Under the pieces are notes generated by a model. It worked only from the letters and a program-made list of their open reading frames with translations. It was not told the origin of the DNA and searched no databases. A DNA stretch of 17,880 nucleotides, taken from the NCBI GenBank assembly GCA_030668825.1, contig DAOVET010000048.1:1-17880 (forward strand), in the 5' to 3' direction. Shown here piece after piece: positions 1-9,247 of the stretch. The position numbers were made by a program, and so were the translations under genes. Each line of letters begins with the position of its first letter. Position 1 is the first letter of the stretch. The DNA comes from Candidatus Heimdallarchaeota archaeon (GTDB lineage Archaea; Asgardarchaeota; Heimdallarchaeia; Heimdallarchaeales; Heimdallarchaeaceae).

Positions 1-79
1 CTGAAAATCATTATGCTTTTTAATTTTTCTTCTTAATACACTAGGTTTTTAATTGTAACTAATTAAGGCTTCATGAGAA

Positions 80-919
80 ATGAAGAGATATGCTGTACGT
101 GTATTTTACGAAGGTAAAGGATATTATGGTTATCAGAGGCAACTTGAAAAAAAGACCATAGAAGGAACTATTATCCAAGCATTAGAAGAAATGAAATACA
201 TAGATTCACCAGAAGAAAACAATTTTAGAAGTGCAAGTAGGACAGACAAGTATGTTAATGCTATAGGTAATGTTTTTTCATTCAATAGTGAAAAAAACAT
301 AATTTTAGAAGAATTAAATTCTGCTTTACCAAAAGATAAAACAATTGCTTGTTGGGGGTATTCTGAAGTTGAAATGGATTTTTCTCCAAAATACAGTATG
401 TGGAAAAAATACTGGTATATCATCTCTAAGGAGTTTTTAGAATCGAACTCTTCTATGACAGTTGATAAAATTAAAACTGTCAGTTCTTTTTTTAGAGGAG
501 AACATGATTTCAGTTTATTTTGCAAGAAGGATCATAGAAAAACGACCAGGAAACTTGATAAGCTAACAGTAATTGAGCAAGAAAATAGAATTATCCTTGA
601 ATTTCTAGCGAACTCCTTCTTATGGGAACAAGTAAGAAGAATCACAAGTTACATCCTAAATTTTGATACCTTATCAAAAGAACTACAAAATACAAAAAAG
701 CTTCTTCAAGCACAAACAAGTGTTAATGCATTAAATTTAGAGCCAGCTAACCCGAAGCAGTTAGTATTGGTTGAACATTTCTATGAGAATCTCAACTGGT
801 TAATTAGTAAAAGAACAAAAGAATCAATTTTAAAGAAATTTGAAACAGAAATACTAAAACTGAAGCAAAGAGAAAACCTCGTTACTTCGGCTCATAAGTT
901 CTTTCTTGATTTGGGATAG
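80..919 (+). CDS. truA: tRNA pseudouridine(38-40) synthase TruA
   Basis: N-terminal YEGKGYYGYQRQ, catalytic motif ASRTDKYVNA (canonical AGRTDxGVHA, Asp kept), FRGEHDFSLF and ANSFLWEQVRRI. Confidence 0.92.
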   Translation: MKRYAVRVFYEGKGYYGYQRQLEKKTIEGTIIQALEEMKYIDSPEENNFRSASRTDKYVNAIGNVFSFNSEKNIILEELNSALPKDKTIACWGYSEVEMDFSPKYSMWKKYWYIISKEFLESNSSMTVDKIKTVSSFFRGEHDFSLFCKKDHRKTTRKLDKLTVIEQENRIILEFLANSFLWEQVRRITSYILNFDTLSKELQNTKKLLQAQTSVNALNLEPANPKQLVLVEHFYENLNWLISKRTKESILKKFETEILKLKQRENLVTSAHKFFLDLG

Positions 920-940
920 GGAAGAAAAAGTAGAAAGAAT

Positions 941-1918
941 TCAAGAATCCTTTGAATCACTTTCTTTGACTAGTTTTGCTAAGAATGCACTAAGTTGAAT
1001 GTTACTTGAAGCGCCTTCTGATATTCGAAAATCAACCTCTGCTAAGTATTCATTTAACACCAATTTTTGTAGATCTGGTAAAGTTAAGGAGGGAATTTCT
1101 CTGTAAATCTGATAGGTTACATCAGTTCCAGAGAGGCCATATTCAAGAATCAAATGTTGAAGAATATCTCTTGCTTTATAGAAATCACCTTTGAGAGCAA
1201 ATTTAAGCATCTCACGAATTTTTTCAGGGTCTGCATGACCTACTGTTTGAAGAACGGTTATCCTTTCAACGGATTTACCTGAAGCAACGGTTGATTGTAA
1301 AATGTTAATGGCTTTCCTCAAATCACCCTCTGAAATATAGAGCACAGTTTCAATGCCCTCAGCATCATAAATTAAACCTTCCATATCACATATTTGAGTC
1401 AGAAAATCCTTCATGCTTACTTCATCTAGTGGTCTAAAACGAAAAATCGCACATCTAGATTGGATAGGTTCAATTAACTTGCTTGAATAGTTACAAATTA
1501 GAGCAAATCTGCTAGTTTTTACATATCTTTCCATAGTACGTCTCAAAGCATGCTGTGCTGCTGATGTTAAGCTGTCAGCTTCATCTAAACAAACAATTTT
1601 GAATGGAACACCGCCATATGATGCAGTCCTTGCAAATTCTTTTACCTTATTACGAATTGCATCAATTCCACGATCATCTGATGCATTTAACTCTAAAAGA
1701 TTTCTAGACACATTACTGGGCCCAAATAGGTCATTAGCTAAAGCAAGTAAAGCTGTTGTTTTACCTGTCCCTGGAGGACCAGCAAAAAGAAGATGTGGAA
1801 GATTTCCCCTTTCAACAAAGCCTTTTAACCGCAAAACAATATCCTTATGACCTTTGAGTTCGTTTAGATTTTTTGGTCTATATTTTTCAGTCCACATTAT
1901 GTCATAATTATTTACCAT
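941..1918 (-). CDS. rfcS: Replication factor C small subunit (clamp loader)
   Basis: WTEKYRP, Walker A GPPGTGKTT, ELNASDDRGID, Walker B LDEAD, SRC motif (IQSRC); 325 aa, no intein. Confidence 0.97.
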   Translation of the reverse strand: MVNNYDIMWTEKYRPKNLNELKGHKDIVLRLKGFVERGNLPHLLFAGPPGTGKTTALLALANDLFGPSNVSRNLLELNASDDRGIDAIRNKVKEFARTASYGGVPFKIVCLDEADSLTSAAQHALRRTMERYVKTSRFALICNYSSKLIEPIQSRCAIFRFRPLDEVSMKDFLTQICDMEGLIYDAEGIETVLYISEGDLRKAINILQSTVASGKSVERITVLQTVGHADPEKIREMLKFALKGDFYKARDILQHLILEYGLSGTDVTYQIYREIPSLTLPDLQKLVLNEYLAEVDFRISEGASSNIQLSAFLAKLVKESDSKDS

Positions 1919-2070
1919 TTTTCCACACTATCAAGTAAAAGTTTTTTCTATTTAAATCTATTACCAGAAGTTTGGTAAAAAATGTTATTTCTAAGAATCA
2001 GATTTGAAATATCAAGAAAAAAGTGGTGTTGATATACTAAATACCAGAATAACAATTGAAAAAGAAGCTG

Positions 2071-3519
2071 ATGAAGATGACTAGTTGTAATAGTGTACAA
2101 CAGGGAAAACATGCAGAAAAAAAGGTTATCAGTGAGTATACCATACAAGGATTCAAAATTATTATTCATGAGGAAGATGGAATAGTCTACTATACAGCAG
2201 AACCATTGTTTGTCTTTCAAAAGGATCCATTACTATTTGCTGAACTGTCTGCTTTAGTCAATAAAAATAAGGACAGACTTGGAAAAGAGATTCTAAGATT
2301 CGATGATTTAGTTGATACAATAAAATCAGTGTGTATGTGGAAAGTTTTAGAAATAGATGGGCTTGAAATAGATCCTGAAGTATTTACAGAACTTTTTGTT
2401 TACAGGCTAATCAAATTAGACAGACTAATTCCTGCTTTATTAGATCATTATGTAAATGAAATTTATATGGACCAAAAGGGGTCTGCTTTGTACTTAGATC
2501 ATCAGACCTTTGGAAGGTGTAACACTAAGGTAATCCTTGATGATGAGGAGTTAGAAGCACTGATAACTAGAATCAAGCTTGAACACCCAATTACTGTTTC
2601 AGCTAAGAAACCATCATTGAAAATTGAATTTCAAACACAAGGATTTCATTCACGTATTTCAATGGACTTTCCCCCTCTTTCACCAAATGGACCTACCTTT
2701 AATATTAGAAAACTAAAAAGAAAACCACTCGAATTATTAGACTTAATTAATCTCAATACTTTACCTACATCCTTAGGATCTTACTTAGTGGAAGCTGTAA
2801 TCAACAGGCAAAATATCACTATTATAGGAGAACCTAATGCAGGAAAAACAACCTTGGCAAATGCTATTGATTTATACACACCTAAGCACTGGAGAAAAAT
2901 AGCAATTGAGGATGCAATAGAATCAACCAATCAAGCATCAATGGGTTTTAAGCATCTATCTATCCAAGTAGATTCTTTTGAATCAAACAAAAGTAACCAT
3001 ACCAAGACAGCTGAAATCTTAAAATTGTTACATAGATCGCCAGATTGGATATATTTAGGAGAAATTCAATCTAGGGAACACACTCAAGCAATGTTTGAAG
3101 CTCTTAATGCTGGTTTGAAAGGAATACAAACAGCCCATTCAGATTCAGTTGAAAAAATCCTTAGAAGGTGGGAAAATCTTCATAAAATCGCTCGTTCAGA
3201 TTTTCTTTCTTTAGATATTATCATAATAATGAGGAGGGAAATAACAAAAAGCACTTTCATTCGAAAGATAGTTGATGTTTATGAGGTAAATCCTAACAAC
3301 GTTAGCAAAGAAAATGATTATGGTTTCTTAACTAGAGTATATGATGAAAATATGAATGAAAATCAAATGTTTCAAATAATAAAAAACAAATCAAGATTAA
3401 GTAGTAAAATTAATTCAATTCTAGAGAGAAATCATTTTTTCAGAAGCATGCAAGCAGAGAAATGGGGATTAAAGCTTGAAAATAATAACTCAAGTAAAAG
3501 TGAGAAAGATTATTTATGA
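2071..3519 (+). CDS. Type II/IV secretion system ATPase (TadA/CpaF/VirB11/ArlI family)
   Basis: Walker A GEPNAGKTT, Asp box IAIEDAIE, Walker B RSPDWIYLGEI, His box TAHSDS, upstream PPLSPNGPTFNIRK. Start uncertain (TTG 2056, ATG 2071 or ATG 2077). Confidence 0.88.
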   Translation: MKMTSCNSVQQGKHAEKKVISEYTIQGFKIIIHEEDGIVYYTAEPLFVFQKDPLLFAELSALVNKNKDRLGKEILRFDDLVDTIKSVCMWKVLEIDGLEIDPEVFTELFVYRLIKLDRLIPALLDHYVNEIYMDQKGSALYLDHQTFGRCNTKVILDDEELEALITRIKLEHPITVSAKKPSLKIEFQTQGFHSRISMDFPPLSPNGPTFNIRKLKRKPLELLDLINLNTLPTSLGSYLVEAVINRQNITIIGEPNAGKTTLANAIDLYTPKHWRKIAIEDAIESTNQASMGFKHLSIQVDSFESNKSNHTKTAEILKLLHRSPDWIYLGEIQSREHTQAMFEALNAGLKGIQTAHSDSVEKILRRWENLHKIARSDFLSLDIIIIMRREITKSTFIRKIVDVYEVNPNNVSKENDYGFLTRVYDENMNENQMFQIIKNKSRLSSKINSILERNHFFRSMQAEKWGLKLENNNSSKSEKDYL

Positions 3520-4319
3520 AAACAATAAATTATGGTAAATCCAGTTCCAAAGTTACTCAGCTCAGCATTTTTCCGAAGGCAATATTATATAGATTGGCTC
3601 TAGGAAAAGTTGAGAAACATTCCAAATTCTTTATTTCTGAAAAGGATTATAGGAACATAAGGTTAATTGGAAATTCATCTTTATTGTTTTTTGTAATTTC
3701 GTTTGTGCTTTTCCACTATGTTACTCTAATTAATGTTCCAATTGCTTTAATTATCAGCTTAATAGCGAGTATATCATTTCTTTTTGTGTTAAGTGATTAT
3801 ATTCGCACCAAAATACTAAACCGTCATCAAAAATTTGAGGAAACAGCTTTTCTAATAATTAATTCGTTATCAATCAATATGGTTGCAACTCAATCCTTTC
3901 CGCACTCTGTTGAGCTTCTGCTGACTAAAGGAATCAAAGACAAATATTATACTAAATATTTTCAAGATATGCTTTACAGTTTGAATCTAGGGGAAAATGA
4001 AGATGAGATAATCAATAATGGCGGAAAAATTTTCTTGAATAAACAGTATGAAACATCATTCCAAAATATAAAGAACGAAAATGCTTTCATTGAATCTGAT
4101 CCAGAATTTATATTGTATATAAGAAAAGGAATCAAATTGATAGAAGATAACATAGTAATTTTTATCGCGGTTTCTTGTCTATTACCACTAGTACTAAGTA
4201 TGGTTCTATCATTCCTGTTACCATCAAACTCTCCAACAATATTCATTTTCCCTCTTCTTTATGCAGTCTTTGGAACCCTGATTCTTCGTTTCATGAACAA
4301 TAAGAATATCGGTGATTAA
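3516..4319 (+). CDS. Membrane platform protein, TadB/TadC (T2SSF)-like
   Basis: ATGA overlap with the ATPase stop; two N-terminal and two C-terminal hydrophobic helices around a helical domain containing SLNLGENEDE; typical position after a T4P ATPase. Confidence 0.6.
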   Translation: MKTINYGKSSSKVTQLSIFPKAILYRLALGKVEKHSKFFISEKDYRNIRLIGNSSLLFFVISFVLFHYVTLINVPIALIISLIASISFLFVLSDYIRTKILNRHQKFEETAFLIINSLSINMVATQSFPHSVELLLTKGIKDKYYTKYFQDMLYSLNLGENEDEIINNGGKIFLNKQYETSFQNIKNENAFIESDPEFILYIRKGIKLIEDNIVIFIAVSCLLPLVLSMVLSFLLPSNSPTIFIFPLLYAVFGTLILRFMNNKNIGD

Positions 4320-4938
4320 TGTGATAAGATTAAATTGCACAGATTTTAACTTTCTTAACAATATTGCTTTGAAACTTGAAAATGGTGAAAATCTAGAAAG
4401 ATCTTTCTTTCTATCAGAAAATGTACCAAAGGAAATTCTTACTAGATTACAATTAGGAGAAAATTTGCTAGATATAATTTCTTCTATTGATTTCAGTTAT
4501 CCTGCTTTAAGAAATCTTTTTTCCTCTGTTGACTACGCAGATGAAACGGAAATTCTTGAACGAGTAAAAACTACATCTAAATTAATTAGAATGCGTGAAG
4601 AGGTTCTTAAAGAAAAAGAATCATCTTTAAAAATTCATAGAAGAAGACTAAAAATTATACGTTATGTAACTATGTTTACTATTGCAATGATTGCGGGTTT
4701 TTCTCCTATATTCTCAAATCTATATAGTTTTATTAGCACAGGGGAGTTTACTAGTTCTTTTTCTATTTGGTCAATATTATCTGTATCATTTCTTATCATA
4801 AATTTACTAAACAATTACTATCTACTTAAAATGGGTAATGAAGAAGGAATAAAGCTCAGGCTTGTTCCGGTGATTTTATTGCATTCAGCAATAGTAGTAG
4901 GGGTCAGATTTTTCATACTAAATCTTATCCCTATTTAG
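4312..4938 (+). CDS. Second membrane platform protein, TadC-like
   Basis: GTG start overlaps the previous ORF; repeated L.L..GENLE/LQLGENLL helical motif followed by about three C-terminal TM helices. Confidence 0.55.
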   Translation: MINVIRLNCTDFNFLNNIALKLENGENLERSFFLSENVPKEILTRLQLGENLLDIISSIDFSYPALRNLFSSVDYADETEILERVKTTSKLIRMREEVLKEKESSLKIHRRRLKIIRYVTMFTIAMIAGFSPIFSNLYSFISTGEFTSSFSIWSILSVSFLIINLLNNYYLLKMGNEEGIKLRLVPVILLHSAIVVGVRFFILNLIPI

Positions 4939-4985
4939 AAAGAAGACTTCAATATCCTAGTTATTTCTGTAGATATTTCTTGAAA
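4935..4985 (-). pseudogene. Degenerate in-frame duplicate of the TFB C-terminal 16 codons, downstream of the TFB stop
   Basis: Reading past TAA gives FQEISTEITRILKSSF*, which aligns to the TFB end YEDIITEISERLSSSF (8/16 identical, 54-nt period). Confidence 0.6.
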
Positions 4986-6017
4986 TTATTCGAAACTAGA
5001 GGATAATCTTTCACTAATCTCTGTAATTATATCCTCGTAATCGTAGGAAAACATGAACTCCGCATGATCCCGAATTGTGAATTCAGCAACATTCGCAGAC
5101 TGTGCAACCAACTTCTGGGTTAAAGCAGAGGAATGTTTTATCTTTCGTGATAGGAGTTTATCAGCCACATAAGCTGAGGCAGCAGAAAGAGGATAAGGTC
5201 TTCTTCCTCCACGATCAGGATAAGGAATTCTTTCAAGTATTTTTAAGCAAAGAAGTTGAAGTATTTTTTCATAAACATAAACATCTATTGAATATTTTTT
5301 CTCAATTCTTTGTTTTATTGCTTCAGAACGACAGATTAGAGAACAAATTCTAAAAACATAGTCTTCACTTCTCCTAATTCCACTTACAGTGGGTTTAATA
5401 TTCAAATCTTGCATGAGACTTAGTAAATTTTTACCAAGAACTCTATGTCCTAGTTCTCTATAAGTTCCAACAATCTCTTTTAAGGTAAGGGGACAATTAT
5501 GCCCACATTCACGAACACTTAGAAGTAAAGCCATTGCAGATAAAAGAACATGGTTTGTTATTTTCTTCTTATGTTCAGACTTATATTTATGATAAAGAAA
5601 GAGTGTTCGATTTCTTATCTTAGTAGGAACTTGAAGTCGCGAAAACACTTCGTTTAAAATTTTAATTGTCCTAAAATCCGTTTCCTTCCCTTTTATAGCT
5701 CCTGGAATATGATAATAATTTTTGAACTTTCGAAATTTATATTGATTTGTTTCATCTAATAGAGATCCATTAGCATCTCTAAACATGTACTCCTCAACTG
5801 AACCAATCGAAGAACCCAAAGAACTTACAACGGCTAGATTATTATTAATTGATGTGTACTGTTGATTTCTTCGAGTTCCATCTCGAGACACTGTACCCAG
5901 TTGAAAGGAAGATGATTCAAGAACGGAATCATGTACAAGACCACATTTTTGGCACACATTGAGACCATTTTCTTGAATAATTCTAGAACCGCATTCATCA
6001 CACAAGCAGCTTTCCAT
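4986..6017 (-). CDS. tfb: Transcription initiation factor IIB (TFB) family protein, divergent paralogue
   Basis: Zn ribbon CDECG...CQKCG, two cyclin-like repeats (PLTLKEIV; GRRPYPLSAASAYVA) and C-terminal HTH LTQKLVAQSANVAEFTIR. ATG 6017 preferred over TTG 6053 because it directly precedes the Zn ribbon. Confidence 0.82.
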   Translation of the reverse strand: MESCLCDECGSRIIQENGLNVCQKCGLVHDSVLESSSFQLGTVSRDGTRRNQQYTSINNNLAVVSSLGSSIGSVEEYMFRDANGSLLDETNQYKFRKFKNYYHIPGAIKGKETDFRTIKILNEVFSRLQVPTKIRNRTLFLYHKYKSEHKKKITNHVLLSAMALLLSVRECGHNCPLTLKEIVGTYRELGHRVLGKNLLSLMQDLNIKPTVSGIRRSEDYVFRICSLICRSEAIKQRIEKKYSIDVYVYEKILQLLCLKILERIPYPDRGGRRPYPLSAASAYVADKLLSRKIKHSSALTQKLVAQSANVAEFTIRDHAEFMFSYDYEDIITEISERLSSSFE

Positions 6018-6354
6018 TTTACTCAGAAAAATAACCTTTCTGAAACTATTCAAAATTGTTAAGATTGAAATAAAGCTATGAACTATTTTATGTACAATTC
6101 AGTACTATGTTTGGTGTTTTTGTCTGACTTTAAAAGAAAGAAGAGGCAGAGGGTTGAAAGTATTCAGTCTTCAGGAAAAAAGCATTCTTGTGTGCTTAAA
6201 CACCTTTTTACCCAAATGAAACTAATATAAGGTATAAAAAAATAGACAAGAAGTGAGAATGAAATCTCCAAATACAAAAAGAGTATGTTTTGGCTTACTC
6301 AAAACTATTGAAAATTGTGCTGTTTTTAAAATATAGTTAGTATATAAGATTAGA

Positions 6355-9243
6355 ATGAGACTCAAAAAAATAATTCCAGTAATATTTTTACTCTATATGC
6401 TAATATTTCTTAAATCTCCTTTAGTTGATAGTAATGATTCCACATCTATTGTTGATATTAATGGCAATGAAATCATAAAAGATCTAAATGAAGAAGAGGT
6501 AAAGAAAGGAATTGAAATCACTGATAGTTCTGGGTTTCTAAAAAATAGTCAAGCTGAGCTAGATGAGGAAATATCAGCAAGCAATGAGGAAAATTCAATA
6601 GAGGATGCGTTAAATGGTTTCAGTCCAAATATAAGTTTGACGGGAAATTATGTGGGGGAATCCTTAGAAGGAAATTTTGAAGATGAAAACTCAAGTATTT
6701 TCTTACCTAGCAACGGACAATATTCACTAGAAGGAAATATTACTGATTTACAAGCTCAATACATTAATAATCCAGGGGCGGAGGATAGTCAAGAATTCTA
6801 TTCAGAAGGTGCTATTAAAGCTGGAGTAGAAGTTGAAAGATTGCATTATTCCGGAAGCTGGGATGGGGAGTATGTATGGAAATTCTATTCTTACAATTCT
6901 GAATCCATAATGTATGCACTTAATCAAAAAGACATAAGTTTATACAATACTAATACAAAAATATCTTATAATTATCTTCTAGCATCAAACTCAAGCTTAC
7001 AGTATGTGTTAAATTCATCTTTAATTTTTGATTTTGTTTTTGATACTTGTCGTATTATGGTGATTCATTGGCACTACACAGATGTGGAACCACCATCAAT
7101 TGGAGATAATACAACATCGCCATTCATAGTATATAGGCTATTACAAAACAGTAGCTGGGACAATCAATGGAACGATTATACGCTTTATATGAGTGATCTT
7201 TTTTCTGAAGAGGATCCTTTGATACCCACAATGCTAAAATCATTTGGAATTTATGTGATATCTCCTGAGGTTTCGGATTGTACAGTTCTATTTGATGATT
7301 TAAAACTCGAAACCTCATTAACACCTTCAGATATTGATCTAAGATTAAATGACATACAGATAAGTTCAGCAAACATGGGGGAAGGGAATTTTAATGCAGA
7401 TATCTTATTTGAGGGGATAGCACCCTATGAATATAATTTAGGTTGGTATCACAATTCAAATTATAAAATAAGTGCTAATTTCACAGTAAGGGCGTCAGGT
7501 GTAGTATCCATACTGTATGAAAAACAAATCTCTTTTCAAAATGAAACATCTATTCTACTTTCTATCTCAATTAATAATCTTTCACTACTTGTAAACCCAG
7601 TCAATTTTTCGTATCCTAATAATTGGTTGATGACAGGAAGTCTACAAGGTGCAGATATTTTGATTGATATCGATACAGGAGGAGGATATCGGAATCTTTC
7701 GTTAACAAGAAAAGCTGGAATCTATGATATTAATTTTCAGTTCATTCTACCGAACCAAATAAAGTCTACAAGTATCGAAAATTTAACTATTTTCGAAACT
7801 CTAAATGCCACATTTATCTTTCGAGAAACACTTCAAAATAACTTAATTGAGCTGTTCTGGGTTGGTGCTGAAAATGGAAGTGCAATGGGTGAGTTAGTAA
7901 ATGATGAATTAGAATTTACCTTTCCGCCAGGGATTACAAGTGGAAGTGTTGAGATAACGTTCCTTGTAATCGAAAACAATCTAATAGGGTATGAAAATGC
8001 CACTGTAACTCTAATGAGAGAAGCTTCGGAATTAATAGTTGAACAAGAAATTAATATTCCAAAATATGCGTTGAAAGAAATAAGTGTGTCTTATCTCAGC
8101 CTTAATCATCTAGTGGAAATTGAAAATGCTACCATTAATGGAATTTTGGATAATGAAGTTATTCCTAGTTTCATAATAGAAGGTCAATATGTTTTTAGAA
8201 TTTCTTCTTTCTATCTGACAGAAAATAACTATACATTGGAGATTCATGCTGAGTCCTCTTCTCATGCAACAATCCGAAAATCTGTTAATGTTTTGATTTA
8301 TGACAGTGAAATAAATGTAGATTTCGAGTATGAAAATGCAGAGATTTCATCAAATTTTCTTTTGCACTTCAATGTAACTTCCAATAATTCACCGGTTGGT
8401 CTAGTACCAATCACAATTGAAATCAATGAATATGAAGCTCACACTGGAGTTACTGACGAATATGGATTTTATACATATGTAATTTCTTTACCTCAAGATC
8501 TCCTTATTGTCAACATTAATTGTTCAATTTTCAAAGCTTATACACCAATTGTAATAAAGACATTTCAAATCTTGCTAGAAAATTTACTTATAACGGCTGA
8601 AAAAGGCTATGAAGATGTAATAATTACAGAGAATATTACGCTTACATATGATATTACTTATCCATCTGCACATGATAGGTGGGTATATTACATTAATGAT
8701 GATATGGTGCCACTTTTAGATGTTTATGTTGAAACAAATACCTTACAAATTCCTGTTCATGTGGATTCAGGTGCGCTCTATTGGCATATCCAAGCAGATT
8801 CTAGTATAGATGACCACAAATTGAAAATAACTACAATTGGTCCTAGTTTATTAGCTACGACAGAAGAGAATGATGATATAATCTCAATACACTTTATTAT
8901 TAATTCTGAGGTTAGAAGCTATTCTGATGTTTCCATGTTATATTATTTTAATGAAAGTTATTCTACTTCGAAATATGAGTGGAAGCTTATATCAAATGTT
9001 CAGGATGATGTAACTAGTTTGTATGAATTACAAGTAAACGATCTTTACGTTTATGCAACAAATCTGCAAATTACAAAGGGAAGTGCACTAATGCTTGATC
9101 TGGTGGGAACCAAGGTATCAAATACAAGATCTATAACAAACGTAGTAGTACCATTAGTATCAAGTTCAGGGGTACTTCTTGGTGCAATCACTGCCGTAAT
9201 TAAAATCTACAAGAAGAAAAAAGGAATGGTTCTCGAAATTTAA
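6355..9243 (+). CDS. Large membrane-anchored cell-surface protein, probable glycoprotein with beta-rich/Ig-like domains
   Basis: Signal peptide MRLKKIIPVIFLLYMLIFL, acidic beta-rich ectodomain, C-terminal TM followed by YKKKK; about 24 N-X-S/T sequons by hand count. Confidence 0.8.
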   Translation: MRLKKIIPVIFLLYMLIFLKSPLVDSNDSTSIVDINGNEIIKDLNEEEVKKGIEITDSSGFLKNSQAELDEEISASNEENSIEDALNGFSPNISLTGNYVGESLEGNFEDENSSIFLPSNGQYSLEGNITDLQAQYINNPGAEDSQEFYSEGAIKAGVEVERLHYSGSWDGEYVWKFYSYNSESIMYALNQKDISLYNTNTKISYNYLLASNSSLQYVLNSSLIFDFVFDTCRIMVIHWHYTDVEPPSIGDNTTSPFIVYRLLQNSSWDNQWNDYTLYMSDLFSEEDPLIPTMLKSFGIYVISPEVSDCTVLFDDLKLETSLTPSDIDLRLNDIQISSANMGEGNFNADILFEGIAPYEYNLGWYHNSNYKISANFTVRASGVVSILYEKQISFQNETSILLSISINNLSLLVNPVNFSYPNNWLMTGSLQGADILIDIDTGGGYRNLSLTRKAGIYDINFQFILPNQIKSTSIENLTIFETLNATFIFRETLQNNLIELFWVGAENGSAMGELVNDELEFTFPPGITSGSVEITFLVIENNLIGYENATVTLMREASELIVEQEINIPKYALKEISVSYLSLNHLVEIENATINGILDNEVIPSFIIEGQYVFRISSFYLTENNYTLEIHAESSSHATIRKSVNVLIYDSEINVDFEYENAEISSNFLLHFNVTSNNSPVGLVPITIEINEYEAHTGVTDEYGFYTYVISLPQDLLIVNINCSIFKAYTPIVIKTFQILLENLLITAEKGYEDVIITENITLTYDITYPSAHDRWVYYINDDMVPLLDVYVETNTLQIPVHVDSGALYWHIQADSSIDDHKLKITTIGPSLLATTEENDDIISIHFIINSEVRSYSDVSMLYYFNESYSTSKYEWKLISNVQDDVTSLYELQVNDLYVYATNLQITKGSALMLDLVGTKVSNTRSITNVVVPLVSSSGVLLGAITAVIKIYKKKKGMVLEI

Positions 9244-9247
9244 GCAT

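Noticed and set aside
1-11. Possible start (ATG ATT TTC) of a minus-strand gene leaving the window
   Set aside because: Only three codons are visible; cannot be supported.
133-525. 130-aa minus-strand ORF
   Set aside because: Antisense shadow of truA with no motifs.
1006-1850. 62-aa and 83-aa plus-strand ORFs
   Set aside because: Antisense to the highly conserved rfcS.
1948-2220. 90-aa minus-strand ORF
   Set aside because: Overlaps the ATPase start and the divergent promoter region; no recognisable features.
6078-6230. 50-aa plus-strand ORF (MNYFMYNSVLCLVFLSDFKRKKRQR...) in the tfb/surface-protein gap
   Set aside because: No motif, RBS or clear promoter; probably a chance ORF in a divergent regulatory region.
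3974-7372. Short ORFs 3974-4246, 5102-5353 and 7124-7372
   Set aside because: Each lies antisense inside a longer, well-supported CDS.
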